Notes under the pieces: model-generated | What the model saw: the letters and a program-made list of their open reading frames with translations, nothing else | Told to the model about the DNA's origin: nothing | Databases searched by the model: none | Assembly (NCBI GenBank): GCA_002427365.1 | Contig: DIQT01000007.1 | Location: 67,758 to 131,757 of the forward strand | Source of the DNA: Bacillales bacterium UBA5455 | Lineage (GTDB): Bacteria; Bacillota_I; Bacilli_A; RFN20; CAG-826 | DNA: 64,000 bases | Direction of reading: 5' to 3' | In this document: positions 10,371 to 20,444 of the stretch, one piece after another | Layout of the letters: every line of letters starts with the position of its first letter | Position numbering within the stretch: the stretch's first letter is position 1 | Program-made: the position numbers and the translations under genes

Positions 10371-12330
10371 ATTTGAAATTGTTAGTGAATATAAACCAAC
10401 GGGAGATCAACCAACCGCGATTAAGCAATTAATTGAAGGGCTTAATGAAGGGAAGGATGTTCAAGTTCTTTTAGGTGCAACTGGAACCGGAAAAACATTT
10501 ACGATCGCTAATGTCATCGAAGAAACCCAGCGCCCAACTTTAGTTCTAGTTCATAACAAAACACTAGCGGGTCAATTATATAGTGAATTTAAAGAATTAT
10601 TTCCGCATAACCGGGTGGAATATTTTGTTTCGAACTTTGATTTTTATCAACCAGAAGCCTATCTACCAAAGTCGGATATGTATATTGAAAAGAACGCAGT
10701 TATGAATGAAGAAATTGAACAACTGCGCATTTCGGCGATTAATTCCGTCTTAGAAAGGCGGGATACAATTATTGTCGCAAGTGTTGCGTCAATTTATGGG
10801 TTAAGTGACCCAGAAGAATATCGCGCCTTAGTGTTTGAAGTGCGCGTTGGCGAAGAAATTGAACGCCGTGAATTCATTAATAAATTAATTGATGCGCAAT
10901 ATACACGAACAAATATGGATTTGTCACCTGGAACATTCCGTGTGCGGGGCGATATATATGAACTATTTCCAATGGATATGGGCGATATGGCCATTCGCAT
11001 TGATACGTTTGGTGATGAAATCGAAGCAATCGCAGTAATTAATACTGTAACGGGTGAAGTTATTCATCAACTTCAACATTATCCAATATATCCAGCATAT
11101 GACCACGCTTCAACGCGTGAACGAATTAAAACGGCGACGGTTGGTATCTTAGAAGAAATGGTTGAACGGCTCGCGTATTTTGAAGATAATAATAAACTCA
11201 TTGAGGCGCAGCGGCTCGAAATGCGGACGCGGCAAGATGTCGAAAGTCTCCGCGAATTTGGGATGGTTCCTGGAATTGAAAACTATTCGCGCCACATTGA
11301 TGGAAGAAAACCCGGCGAACGCCCATTTTGTTTAATCGATTATTTTCCTAAAGATTTTTTAGTTGTTGTCGATGAATCACACGTTTCCCTTCCACAAATT
11401 CGTGGCATGTATAATGGTGACCGGTCCCGTAAAGAAACACTTGTGGAATACGGCTTTCGTTTACCAAGCGCATTAGATAACCGCCCTTTAAAGTTTGAAG
11501 AGTTTGTTGATTTAGTGCCACAAATGATTTGTACATCCGCAACACCCGGCGATTATGAATTAGACCGTGCGAATAATGAAGTTGTTGAACAAATTATTCG
11601 GCCAACCGGTTTAGTTGATCCACAAGTTGAAGTCCGAAGAACATTAGGACAAATTGATGACCTAATTATGGAAATTGATGAACGGATTAAACGGAATGAA
11701 CGGACACTTGTTATTACGTTAACAATAAAAATGGCGGAAGATCTTACCGACTATTTGAAGAGTTATGGTTATAAAGTCGCGTATTTACATACCGAAACCA
11801 AAACATTAGAACGGACCGAAATTATTTATCAACTACGAAAAGGTAAATATGATGTTTTAATTGGGATTAACTTATTACGCGAAGGGTTAGATATTCCCGA
11901 AGTAAGCTTAATTACAATTTTAGATGCGGATAAAGAAGGGTTCTTACGAAGTGAACGTTCCCTTATTCAAATTATTGGTCGGGCAGCCCGAAACGCGAAT
12001 GGACGTGTAATTATGTATGCGGATAAGATGACAAATAGTATGGCGGGAGCGATTGAAGAAACAAACCGGCGGCGGGCAATTCAAGAAGCATACAATAATG
12101 AACATGGAATTATTCCAATGACAATTCAAAAAGAAATACGTCTACCCGTACGTGGGTTCGAACAAGAAACCGATCACGTTCATAATAAAGCGATTAAAAT
12201 GTCGAGTAGTGAAAAGGAAGAATATATTAAAACACTTCGAAAAGACATGCAAGAAGCAGCCCGGAAACTCGATTTTGAGACAGCAGCGACTTTGCGTGAT
12301 ATTATATTAGAGTTGAAAGCTGAGGATTAA
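10357..12330 (+). CDS. uvrB: excinuclease ABC subunit B
   Basis: 657 aa, Walker A (GATGTGKT), helicase motifs, C-terminal UVR domain. Confidence 0.95.
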   Translation: MKSHKFEIVSEYKPTGDQPTAIKQLIEGLNEGKDVQVLLGATGTGKTFTIANVIEETQRPTLVLVHNKTLAGQLYSEFKELFPHNRVEYFVSNFDFYQPEAYLPKSDMYIEKNAVMNEEIEQLRISAINSVLERRDTIIVASVASIYGLSDPEEYRALVFEVRVGEEIERREFINKLIDAQYTRTNMDLSPGTFRVRGDIYELFPMDMGDMAIRIDTFGDEIEAIAVINTVTGEVIHQLQHYPIYPAYDHASTRERIKTATVGILEEMVERLAYFEDNNKLIEAQRLEMRTRQDVESLREFGMVPGIENYSRHIDGRKPGERPFCLIDYFPKDFLVVVDESHVSLPQIRGMYNGDRSRKETLVEYGFRLPSALDNRPLKFEEFVDLVPQMICTSATPGDYELDRANNEVVEQIIRPTGLVDPQVEVRRTLGQIDDLIMEIDERIKRNERTLVITLTIKMAEDLTDYLKSYGYKVAYLHTETKTLERTEIIYQLRKGKYDVLIGINLLREGLDIPEVSLITILDADKEGFLRSERSLIQIIGRAARNANGRVIMYADKMTNSMAGAIEETNRRRAIQEAYNNEHGIIPMTIQKEIRLPVRGFEQETDHVHNKAIKMSSSEKEEYIKTLRKDMQEAARKLDFETAATLRDIILELKAED

Positions 12331-12332
12331 CA

Positions 12333-13064
12333 ATGAATTTAGAAAACCCAATTCACTTCGATACTACTGAAGGAATTAACACGGAACAATTTAGCGGCCC
12401 CATCTTAATGAAACCAAACCGCAAGAGTTATATGGTGCGTTATTTTTTAATGGTTTTAGCGGTCCTCTTAAGTCTTGCCTTTTTAATTACCGCACTTGCA
12501 ATTAAGCCGAGCAAATTAGAACTTAAAATTGGATTCTTTCTTGGTGCTTTTGTCGCATTTGGTGTTTTTTGGTTACTAAAACGAATTAATACAAAAGATA
12601 ATAAAAAAATCAAAATTGGTGAATTTGACCAAGATAAAATAATTCTTTATAACGAAAACGAAAAAGGAAAGTTCACAAATGAAGATGTCGATATTTATTT
12701 ATGGGATGATATTCTTAGTGCAAAAATTAACATTGTCTTTTTTCAAGAAACATTTGTCGGCCCGTTAACGATTGAAACAAATGAAGTAATCGTAACAATT
12801 AAAGATGTAATGGTCTTACCAAATATGTATGACCTTCAAGAGAGGACGGATAAATTTAAAGTTATTCATCCCGCGGAAGAAATGCACGCCGAACGTCAAG
12901 AACAAGTATTAGAAGAAGTCGAAGATGAAGAAAGTGATAGCGTCGTTGATTTTAATAAAAAGTTTGAAGAAATAATTGAAAATGATGAAGTAGAACAAGT
13001 AATAATTAACCACGATGAAAACGATGAAATTATCACTCGTGAAGCGGAAGATAGCAAAAAGTAG
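12333..13064 (+). CDS. hypothetical membrane protein with two N-terminal TM helices, a bacterial PH-like middle region and a highly acidic C-terminal tail
   Basis: ORF with hydrophobic segments and an E/D-rich tail. Sits where uvrA usually follows uvrB. Confidence 0.5.
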   Translation: MNLENPIHFDTTEGINTEQFSGPILMKPNRKSYMVRYFLMVLAVLLSLAFLITALAIKPSKLELKIGFFLGAFVAFGVFWLLKRINTKDNKKIKIGEFDQDKIILYNENEKGKFTNEDVDIYLWDDILSAKINIVFFQETFVGPLTIETNEVIVTIKDVMVLPNMYDLQERTDKFKVIHPAEEMHAERQEQVLEEVEDEESDSVVDFNKKFEEIIENDEVEQVIINHDENDEIITREAEDSKK

Positions 13065-13141
13065 CAAGAAAGGTTTTTATTTACAAAATGATTGGGTTAT
13101 GGTATTATAACTACCGTATCTTAGCAGGAGGAATGTTATAA

Positions 13142-13366
13142 ATGAGCGCATTAGATTGGATTTTCTTAGTAATAGCAGTGTTTCTTATCATTGTTACGCT
13201 ACTTCAAGGTGGTAAATCAGAAGGCGCTTCTGGGGCAATCACTGGTGGCGGGATGAACGTTTTTGCTAAAACAAAAGAACGCGGTGTTGATCGTGTCTTA
13301 TCAATTATAACTTATGTACTCGTTGCAATTTTCTTCCTTATCGCGATTCTTGTGAAGGTACTATAA
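13142..13366 (+). CDS. secG: preprotein translocase subunit SecG
   Basis: 74 aa with two TM segments and a G-rich loop (LLQGGKSEGASGAITGGG). Strong terminator follows. Confidence 0.85.
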   Translation: MSALDWIFLVIAVFLIIVTLLQGGKSEGASGAITGGGMNVFAKTKERGVDRVLSIITYVLVAIFFLIAILVKVL

Positions 13367-13385
13367 AGTAAATATTGAAAAAGCA

Positions 13386-13414
13386 AAAAGGGCCAGCTGC
13401 CCTTTTTATTTTTT
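13386..13414 (+). terminator. rho-independent terminator after secG
   Basis: GC hairpin GGGCCAGCTGCCC followed by a T-run. Confidence 0.7.
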
Positions 13415-13428
13415 GTTAGGAAACATGA

Positions 13429-15567
13429 ATGAACAATAAAATTATTGATATTATTAAAGACAAAGGTCCAAGAACTTATCGGCAGTTGCTTGAAGAGGTT
13501 GAACTTGGCCATTTTTTAGGTGATGAATTAGATAAGTTATTTACTCAAGGTGAACTTGTTGAACATAACGGCCTTGTTTTTCTTCCAACCCAACTATATT
13601 TGGAAAAAGCAACTGTCGTTAGTGTTAAAAGTAACTTTGCCTTTGCGCGAATTGACGATACTGATGAAGATATTCGTATAGATGCACAAAACCTTGGTAA
13701 CGCTTTATTAGGTGACCGGGTCTTTGTAGAAATTAATCGCGGAGAATATTCTGTCCATAACGTTTTTGTTCGGGCAAACAAAAAAGTAATCGGCGAAATA
13801 TATTATTTAGCAAATAAACCGTTTTTAAAAGTTAATAAATTAGGTAGTAGCGCCGTTTCCTTTCGACTTGAAGATCATCAAGGTTTTAGCGATGAATTAG
13901 TGGTCGCGGAAATTACAAGTTATAGTGAATTTTTTGTTCACACAAAATTCATTGAAAGTCTTGGCTCAAAAAACGCTCCAGGTAATGATATTTCGCGAAT
14001 TTTAATTGAAGAAAATATTCCAAATGAGTTTTCGCTTGAAGTTGAAGAACAACTTAAAAATATTCCAACATCTATTTTAAAAAGCGATTTAGAAGGTCGC
14101 CGCGATTTTCGTGATGAATTAATTGTGACAATTGATGGCGAACTTGCCCGTGATTTTGATGATGCGGTTAGTGTTCAAAAAATTCCGACGGGATATCGCT
14201 TAGGAATTCATATTGCTGATGTTGCAAGTTATGTAAAAGAAAAATCACCAATTGATGTGGAAGCCTATGAACGGGGAACGTCGATTTATGTCACGGACCG
14301 TGTTGTGCCGATGCTTCCATTTCCATTATCAAATGGAATTTGTTCGTTAAGCGAAGGTATGGACCGTTTAACTATTTCGGTTATTATCGACGTTGATAAT
14401 CAAGGCCAAGTAATGAAATCACAAATTTTCCCAAGTGTAATTAATTCGAAAGGCCGCCTTACTTATACATATGTTCAACAAGTAATTGACGCTAAAAAAG
14501 CAACCAATGACATTGAAGAAATGCTTTTGTTATTAAATGAAGTATCAAGGAAAATAAGAAAACAACGGAACCGTCGTGGTTCACTTGATTTAGATCTAGG
14601 CGAAGTTGTTATCGATGTTGATGAAGAAGGAAAAGCAATTGGTGTTCATCTAAAAAAAGCAATTGAAGCTGAACAACTAATTGAAGACTTAATGGTTCTT
14701 ACAAATGAAGTAGTTGCTGAAACAATTACAAATAAACAACTACCAATGTTATATCGGATTCATGAACAACCCGAAGGTCAACGGATTGATAATTTAAATT
14801 ATTTATTAAAACGCCTTGGGCATAAACCAGAATTAAATCCGAAAAATGTTTCGCCCAAAGATATGCAAATCTTAGTTAATAAGTATAAATATGAACCAGA
14901 TGGTCCGGTAATTATGGAAGCATCCCTTCGTTCATTAGCGAAAGCTAAATATTCACCAACAAATTATGGTCACTTTGGTTTAGCGTCCGCTTGCTATACT
15001 CATTTTACATCTCCAATTAGAAGATATCCTGATTTAATCGTTCATCGCTTAATTCATAAATATTTATTTAATCGTAATACCAATGATTTAGATTTATTAA
15101 AGAAGAAACTTATTAAAGATGGTGACCAAACATCCGACTTAGAACGGAAAGCTCTTCAAATTGAACGCCGTGTCACTGATATCAAGAGCGCTGAATATAT
15201 GGCATCGCATTTAGGCCAAAAAATGGTGGGCATGATTAGTGGCCTAACAAATATGGGCATGTTTATTCAATTAGATAATGGCATTTCTGGCCTTGTTCGC
15301 TTTGATACACTTAACGATTATTATGTTGTTGATGACGCGAATATCGCCGCAACGGGTAAACGCAATAAAAAGCAATACATGTTAGGTGACCGTGTTGAGG
15401 TTGTGATCGGTAGTGTTAACGTGGATGCTGGCAACATTGATTTACTCATGCAAAGTGAACCAAAACCGCGTCAGAAAGGTTCAAATCAAAAAAGTAGTCA
15501 AAATAAAAAGAGCGGCAAACGGAGTTATCAAAACCAACCGCCGTCAAAAAGAAAAAATAAACGTTAA
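13429..15567 (+). CDS. rnr: ribonuclease R
   Basis: 712 aa, RNB catalytic domain, S1 domain and a Lys/Arg-rich C-terminal tail. Confidence 0.9.
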   Translation: MNNKIIDIIKDKGPRTYRQLLEEVELGHFLGDELDKLFTQGELVEHNGLVFLPTQLYLEKATVVSVKSNFAFARIDDTDEDIRIDAQNLGNALLGDRVFVEINRGEYSVHNVFVRANKKVIGEIYYLANKPFLKVNKLGSSAVSFRLEDHQGFSDELVVAEITSYSEFFVHTKFIESLGSKNAPGNDISRILIEENIPNEFSLEVEEQLKNIPTSILKSDLEGRRDFRDELIVTIDGELARDFDDAVSVQKIPTGYRLGIHIADVASYVKEKSPIDVEAYERGTSIYVTDRVVPMLPFPLSNGICSLSEGMDRLTISVIIDVDNQGQVMKSQIFPSVINSKGRLTYTYVQQVIDAKKATNDIEEMLLLLNEVSRKIRKQRNRRGSLDLDLGEVVIDVDEEGKAIGVHLKKAIEAEQLIEDLMVLTNEVVAETITNKQLPMLYRIHEQPEGQRIDNLNYLLKRLGHKPELNPKNVSPKDMQILVNKYKYEPDGPVIMEASLRSLAKAKYSPTNYGHFGLASACYTHFTSPIRRYPDLIVHRLIHKYLFNRNTNDLDLLKKKLIKDGDQTSDLERKALQIERRVTDIKSAEYMASHLGQKMVGMISGLTNMGMFIQLDNGISGLVRFDTLNDYYVVDDANIAATGKRNKKQYMLGDRVEVVIGSVNVDAGNIDLLMQSEPKPRQKGSNQKSSQNKKSGKRSYQNQPPSKRKNKR

Positions 15568-16812
15568 TTATCTACGTAGTCCTTTTGGATAATGATTTTT
15601 TAAAACACCATTAACATTTTTAACTAAACCAATGGCAAAACCTTGGTAACTTACAACATGATACCCATTAGGTAGGTCGCCACGCACTTGTAATGTTTCA
15701 CCGCTTAAATAGCGGTTTTTTTCTTCGTTTGTTAAAGCATATGATTCATCACTGGTACTTGCTCTTGCATAGTGGTGCGATGGAACAAAACCATACCTTT
15801 CTTGCCTTCCTAATTCAAGACCTGGACGCACTAAATAAAATAATGCGGGTATTGCATAGTTTGTTGGTAAAAGATACGTTATATCACGATAAACAAATTT
15901 AGTTGATGTTTGTTTAGAAAAAGTAATTATTTTTTCGCCGGTTTTTTTAATCATTGCAATAAACTGTCCTTCGCCTTTAAATAATGAAGGAAGTAAATAT
16001 AGCGTTTCAGGCCTATTTTGCGGTCTATATTCGCCGTTAATTGTTGGTACACTAATTAATTCTGCATCAGTGTTTGCTAAAAGGTGTGAAATTATCTCCT
16101 CATTTTCTTCGGGTGAAAACGAACAAGTTGAATAGATTAAAGTGCCACCAGGCTTTAAATATTTATAAGCATTTACAATCATAACTTGCTGTAATGACGC
16201 AAATTTTTGAACTTTCGCTAGTGACCATTCATCAAGAATCGCTGGTATTTTCCGCCCCATTCCTGAACCAGAGCAAGGAGCATCAAGTAATATCGCATCA
16301 AAGGTGTTTTGAAGGTTAGGAACAAACTTTTCGAAGTTATTGTTTGTAACAATGATATTTTTTCTTCCCATTCGTTCAACATTACGGCTTAATTCTTTGG
16401 CGCGCGCCGCGCTTATATCATTAGCGATAATAATTCCTTCGTTATTCATTGTTCGACTTACTTGGATTGTTTTTCCGCCTGGTGCCGCACACATATCTAA
16501 AACAAGATCACTATTTGTAACAGGTAATAATGATGCGGGAATCATTGCGCTTGGATCTTGCAAATAAAAAGCGCCAAAATCATGGAGTTCATGTTTTCCT
16601 AAATCATCAATTTCTTTATCGTAGTAATAAGCGTGGGGAACAAATGGATGTGGTGTGGCACTTTTAAATAATGATAAAAACATTTCATCACTAATTTTAT
16701 CCGTATTTAAAAGGGCGGCTCTTTCTTCAGGACCACTTAAGGAGTTTATTAACGAATGAGCGATATCTAAGGGGAAAATATCAAGAAGATGGTTTTTAAA
16801 TGATTCATTCAT
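15568..16812 (-). CDS. RsmB/RsmF-type (NOL1/NOP2/Sun) RNA cytosine-C5 methyltransferase with C-terminal PUA-like extension
   Basis: Motifs MCAAPGGKT and DAPCSGSGM. Its stop codon abuts the rnr stop (TAATTA). Confidence 0.8.
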   Translation of the reverse strand: MNESFKNHLLDIFPLDIAHSLINSLSGPEERAALLNTDKISDEMFLSLFKSATPHPFVPHAYYYDKEIDDLGKHELHDFGAFYLQDPSAMIPASLLPVTNSDLVLDMCAAPGGKTIQVSRTMNNEGIIIANDISAARAKELSRNVERMGRKNIIVTNNNFEKFVPNLQNTFDAILLDAPCSGSGMGRKIPAILDEWSLAKVQKFASLQQVMIVNAYKYLKPGGTLIYSTCSFSPEENEEIISHLLANTDAELISVPTINGEYRPQNRPETLYLLPSLFKGEGQFIAMIKKTGEKIITFSKQTSTKFVYRDITYLLPTNYAIPALFYLVRPGLELGRQERYGFVPSHHYARASTSDESYALTNEEKNRYLSGETLQVRGDLPNGYHVVSYQGFAIGLVKNVNGVLKNHYPKGLRR

Positions 16813-17004
16813 AATTCATATTATACAAAAGAAAATTAGATGACCGTTAGTTTATTAGTTGTTCTTAACGCGTTTTTAAATTTTTTATTTGTCAAATCCG
16901 CATTTTTATTAAAAAATAGATGGTTTATTGCGTTTTTATGACAATGTGAAAATAAAAGAGTATAATTATATTAATTATTAGTCAGTTATAGAAGAGGGGA
17001 TGTT

Positions 17005-17793
17005 ATGTCTAAGCCGAAGGAAAAACGCAAACCATTTTGGTTCTATAAAGGTCTATTGATACTTAGTGTCGTTTTTTTGTCGTCTCTATCAACGACGTAT
17101 GCGTATTGGTAAGGGGAGGTTCTATCAGCGAACTCGGAATCGCATGTAACAATAACAATTGGCGATTGGACGTATGCGATTGATGATATTGATCCTGATA
17201 CATTACCACTTGGGCCTAAGTTTGCTGGTGCGGTTGATCCTGATTATGGATTTGCTTATTCTTTTGATGGTATTTTAGATATCATTACGGTTGTTACGAA
17301 AATTCCAGCCGGAACTTATATTTCATCGAATGGAAAACTTTATAAAACAGCACACACTTATTACGCAATTCCGATTATAGCGGGTGGCCCCAGCGGTATT
17401 TTTGCTTCGTACTATTTTGATGAAATGCCGAGCGAAAATATTATTGAATGGGATGCAACATTAACTTACAAAGCAAATCGGGTGGTAAAGGTTGCGGGTA
17501 GTGAAGGTGATGAATTTTATATCGCAACTACCCAATCAAAAAATCAAAACCCACAAAATCATAGTGAGTACTGGCGAAGAATTTCGCAAGAAGATGGTGA
17601 AGTAAATCTTCTTGAATCTAACTGGAAATATTATTTTGGTCGAACAATTATTCCAATTGAAGATATTGAAGGAAATAAATTAAATTATGAATTGCCGGAT
17701 TATTCAAAACCGCTTCGTGATGAAAATAATAACTTGCTTGCTCGTGCACTTTATGATTATGGTACAAGTAACAAAACAGCGCTTGTCGCCTAG
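17005..17793 (+). pseudogene. secreted/anchored protein of unknown function interrupted by one in-frame TAA (17110-17112)
   Basis: ATG 17005 encodes a signal-anchor-like 36-aa peptide (MSKPKEKRKPFWFYKGLLILSVVFLSSLSTTYAYW). After the stop, the same frame stays open with no start codon up to the 122-aa track ORF (17425..17793). Confidence 0.55.
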
Positions 17794-17848
17794 TAAAATT
17801 TAGTTTCTTGATGGTCTAGTAAAAAAGATGAATAATAATATGAAGAAA

Positions 17849-17870
17849 AAAGGCTTAAGTGCCTTTTTTT
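17849..17870 (+). terminator. rho-independent terminator
   Basis: AGGCTTAAGTGCCT hairpin plus T7 run. Confidence 0.6.
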
Positions 17871-18009
17871 AAAAAACTCTAATAAATCTATCTTTTAGTC
17901 GATAAATTAACTATTTAATGCTTTAGCGCATAGTAAAAATACGATTTAAAATGTATAATTAAATTTGCAATTTCCTCAAATATATAAATAAACGAAAGGA
18001 GTTTTTGTT

Positions 18010-18753
18010 ATGAATCGTAAGGAAATTAAAAAACAAGCAAGAGAAAGAATTAAACCGAGTTTTGGTTATATTTTTCTTGCAATAGTGCTTTGGACACTAG
18101 TCGCGCTTGGCTCAGTCGCAGTTGGCTTTATTGTTGGTCCGATTATTGTTGGTGGTGCACTTGCGGTAAGCAAAGTGTCGTATTTTATTGATATCGCTAA
18201 CGGAGATGATGAACGTGTCGCGGACATTAATTACATCTTCAAAGGATTTCCAAAATTTCTACGGGCTTTAAAACTTCAAGTTGCCATCGTCTTATTGTCT
18301 CTTGGTTTTTCTCTTGCAATTGGATTAGTGAGTTTTCTTTTACTTTTAATTGCCGGCTACATTCATTATGTTGTTTATATTATTATGACAATTATTGTGG
18401 TTTTAGGAATAATCTTTGCGGTGTTAGCGTTTTATGTCTTCCTTTACTTCCCGTTTTATATTCTTGCGGATGAAAGATATAACAGTTATCACACAAAAGA
18501 CATTCTTAAACTAAGCTTCAATTTAGGAAAAAAACATTTTGGTGAAATTATTGTTTTTGACCTTAGTTTTATCTTATGGCGAATTGGTGTTGCCCTAACA
18601 GCGGGAATGTTAAATGTTTATTTTAGTCCTTATTATCAAACCGCTAAAGCAACGTTCTATTTAGAACGCGTTAAAGGATTAATCGATAATATCGCTCAAC
18701 CAATCGAACCAGAAGTTGTAGAAGTAAAAAATGATAGTGGTGAAGCCGCTTAA
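18010..18753 (+). CDS. integral membrane protein (DUF975-like)
   Basis: 247 aa, about 5 TM segments, no catalytic motifs. Confidence 0.5.
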   Translation: MNRKEIKKQARERIKPSFGYIFLAIVLWTLVALGSVAVGFIVGPIIVGGALAVSKVSYFIDIANGDDERVADINYIFKGFPKFLRALKLQVAIVLLSLGFSLAIGLVSFLLLLIAGYIHYVVYIIMTIIVVLGIIFAVLAFYVFLYFPFYILADERYNSYHTKDILKLSFNLGKKHFGEIIVFDLSFILWRIGVALTAGMLNVYFSPYYQTAKATFYLERVKGLIDNIAQPIEPEVVEVKNDSGEAA

Positions 18754-18940
18754 TAGTTAACAAGATAAAACCCGTTTATTTGTTTCTAAATCAAATTTTA
18801 AAAAGAAATATTTAATCGATGCGTTATTATTGTTTTTCGTTTGAAGTAAAAACTTAATAAAAAATATTGTAAATATGTTTATCTAGGCTACCTGAAGGTA
18901 GTCTTTTTTGTTATAATTTTACTCGTGATGGAGATGGCCA

Positions 18941-19735
18941 ATGGATATTAAACAATATGTACAAATTCGAAAAGAAAATTTACGCGCGGTGACCGCAACT
19001 TTAAAGCGGATACCGTCTTTATGTATTGTTCAAGTTAATGATGATCCTGCCTCAAATACGTATATTAAAGGTAAATTAGCGGATGCTGCGGAAGTTGGAA
19101 TTAACGCAGAAGTTAAAAAGTTTCCGACCTCAATTAGTGAAGAACAACTGTTAAAAGAAATTGATTTATTAAATAATGACCCGACAATTGATGGTTTTAT
19201 TGTACAAATGCCCTTACCAAAGCAAATTGATGAAGAGAAAGTTAAAGTTGCGGTTACCCCTTTAAAAGATGTCGATGGGTTCCATCCCTTATCAAAATTT
19301 AAGGCGTGTACACCATTAGGAATTATGAATTATTTATCATATTCAGGTGTTAGTTTTACCGGAAAAAACGCTGTTGTTATTGGCCGCTCAAACATCGTTG
19401 GTAAACCAATGGCGAAACTTTTATTGAACGCTAATATGAATGTAACAATTTTACATTCAAAAACGACACCGGAAGATATGCGGCGATATTTAGCAAATGC
19501 TGATATTATTGTCGTCGCAGTTGGTAAAAAATATTTCCTTGATCATTCATATGTCTTAAAAGAAAGCGCGGTCGTTGTGGATGTTGGAATTAACCGGCTT
19601 GAGGGCGTAACATATGGTGACGTCGAACCAAACTTAAAAGTTGCCCTACAAACTCCTGTTCCTGGTGGCGTTGGGTTATTAACGCGACTTACCTTATTAG
19701 AAAATTTATTGGAGGCATATAATAATGGAATTTAA
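18941..19735 (+). CDS. folD: bifunctional 5,10-methylene-THF dehydrogenase / methenyl-THF cyclohydrolase
   Basis: Matches FolD (VNDDPASNTYIKGK, TIDGFIVQMPLP, DVDGFHP, PVPGGVG). Attenuator-like hairpin and TATAAT upstream. Confidence 0.85.
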   Translation: MDIKQYVQIRKENLRAVTATLKRIPSLCIVQVNDDPASNTYIKGKLADAAEVGINAEVKKFPTSISEEQLLKEIDLLNNDPTIDGFIVQMPLPKQIDEEKVKVAVTPLKDVDGFHPLSKFKACTPLGIMNYLSYSGVSFTGKNAVVIGRSNIVGKPMAKLLLNANMNVTILHSKTTPEDMRRYLANADIIVVAVGKKYFLDHSYVLKESAVVVDVGINRLEGVTYGDVEPNLKVALQTPVPGGVGLLTRLTLLENLLEAYNNGI

Positions 19736-20318
19736 AATTGAAAACACGTTTGTGTATGGATTAGAACGGGCGGTAAAAGCAAGCGGAAACCCGATGCGGA
19801 CCGTTATTGAAATTGATGAACCAACCGAAAAAGACTTTTCCCGCGCGATTAATCTAGGCTCCACAAAAGGTGGCGAAGGGCATGATAACTTTTTAAAAGG
19901 AATTCTTGTCCATATGGATGTGACCGCTCCGTTGTATTGGTGGAAAGAAGCCCAACGCTATCACTGGTTTGATTTTATTTCTTCGCAATCAACGATGCAT
20001 ATGTTAATGAAATTCGATATTAAAGAACGGTGTGTTCCTGAAGTTGATGAGCGGATTCTTGCAGTCATTCGTGAACTTGTTGAACAATATAATGAAATTG
20101 AAGATCGTAACGCTAAAAAGGCGAAGTGGCGTGAAATTGTTGCGTCCTTGCCAAGTGGGTTTTGCTTATCCGCGACAATGACAACAAATTATCAACAACT
20201 TAAAACGATGTACAATCAACGGAAAAACCATAAACTAATTGAATGGCATCATTTCTGTGCTTGGTGTGAATCCTTACCACACTTTAGCGAATTCACTTCT
20301 CCGCGGATTAGTGCATAA
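19725..20318 (+). CDS. ThyX-like (flavin-dependent thymidylate synthase fold) protein with a degenerate RHR motif
   Basis: By eye it aligns with ThyX at GHDNFLKGILVHMDVTAPLYWW (~ [22 protein letters not shown]) and LPSGFCLSATMTTNYQQLKTMYNQR (~ [25 protein letters not shown]). The RHR-x7-S motif reads QRYHWFDFISSQS. Start ATAATGG overlaps the folD stop. Confidence 0.45.
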   Translation: MEFKIENTFVYGLERAVKASGNPMRTVIEIDEPTEKDFSRAINLGSTKGGEGHDNFLKGILVHMDVTAPLYWWKEAQRYHWFDFISSQSTMHMLMKFDIKERCVPEVDERILAVIRELVEQYNEIEDRNAKKAKWREIVASLPSGFCLSATMTTNYQQLKTMYNQRKNHKLIEWHHFCAWCESLPHFSEFTSPRISA

Positions 20319-20335
20319 CTTAGGTAAATGATCTA

Positions 20336-20363
20336 AAGCAGCTTTAAATGGCTGCTTTTTTAT
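20336..20363 (+). terminator. rho-independent terminator after the ThyX-like gene
   Basis: GCAGC..GCTGC hairpin plus T6. Confidence 0.65.
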
Positions 20364-20444
20364 TTGTAAAATAATAATCGTTGAAGAATAAAAATAATTT
20401 AATCAATGTTATAATATTTATAGAGATAAAAGGAGGAATGGCAT

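Noticed and set aside
18754-18940. Possible THF or other riboswitch upstream of folD
   Set aside because: Only a hairpin plus T-run and a -10 element are evident, with no recognisable riboswitch consensus. It would need Rfam/Infernal to exclude.
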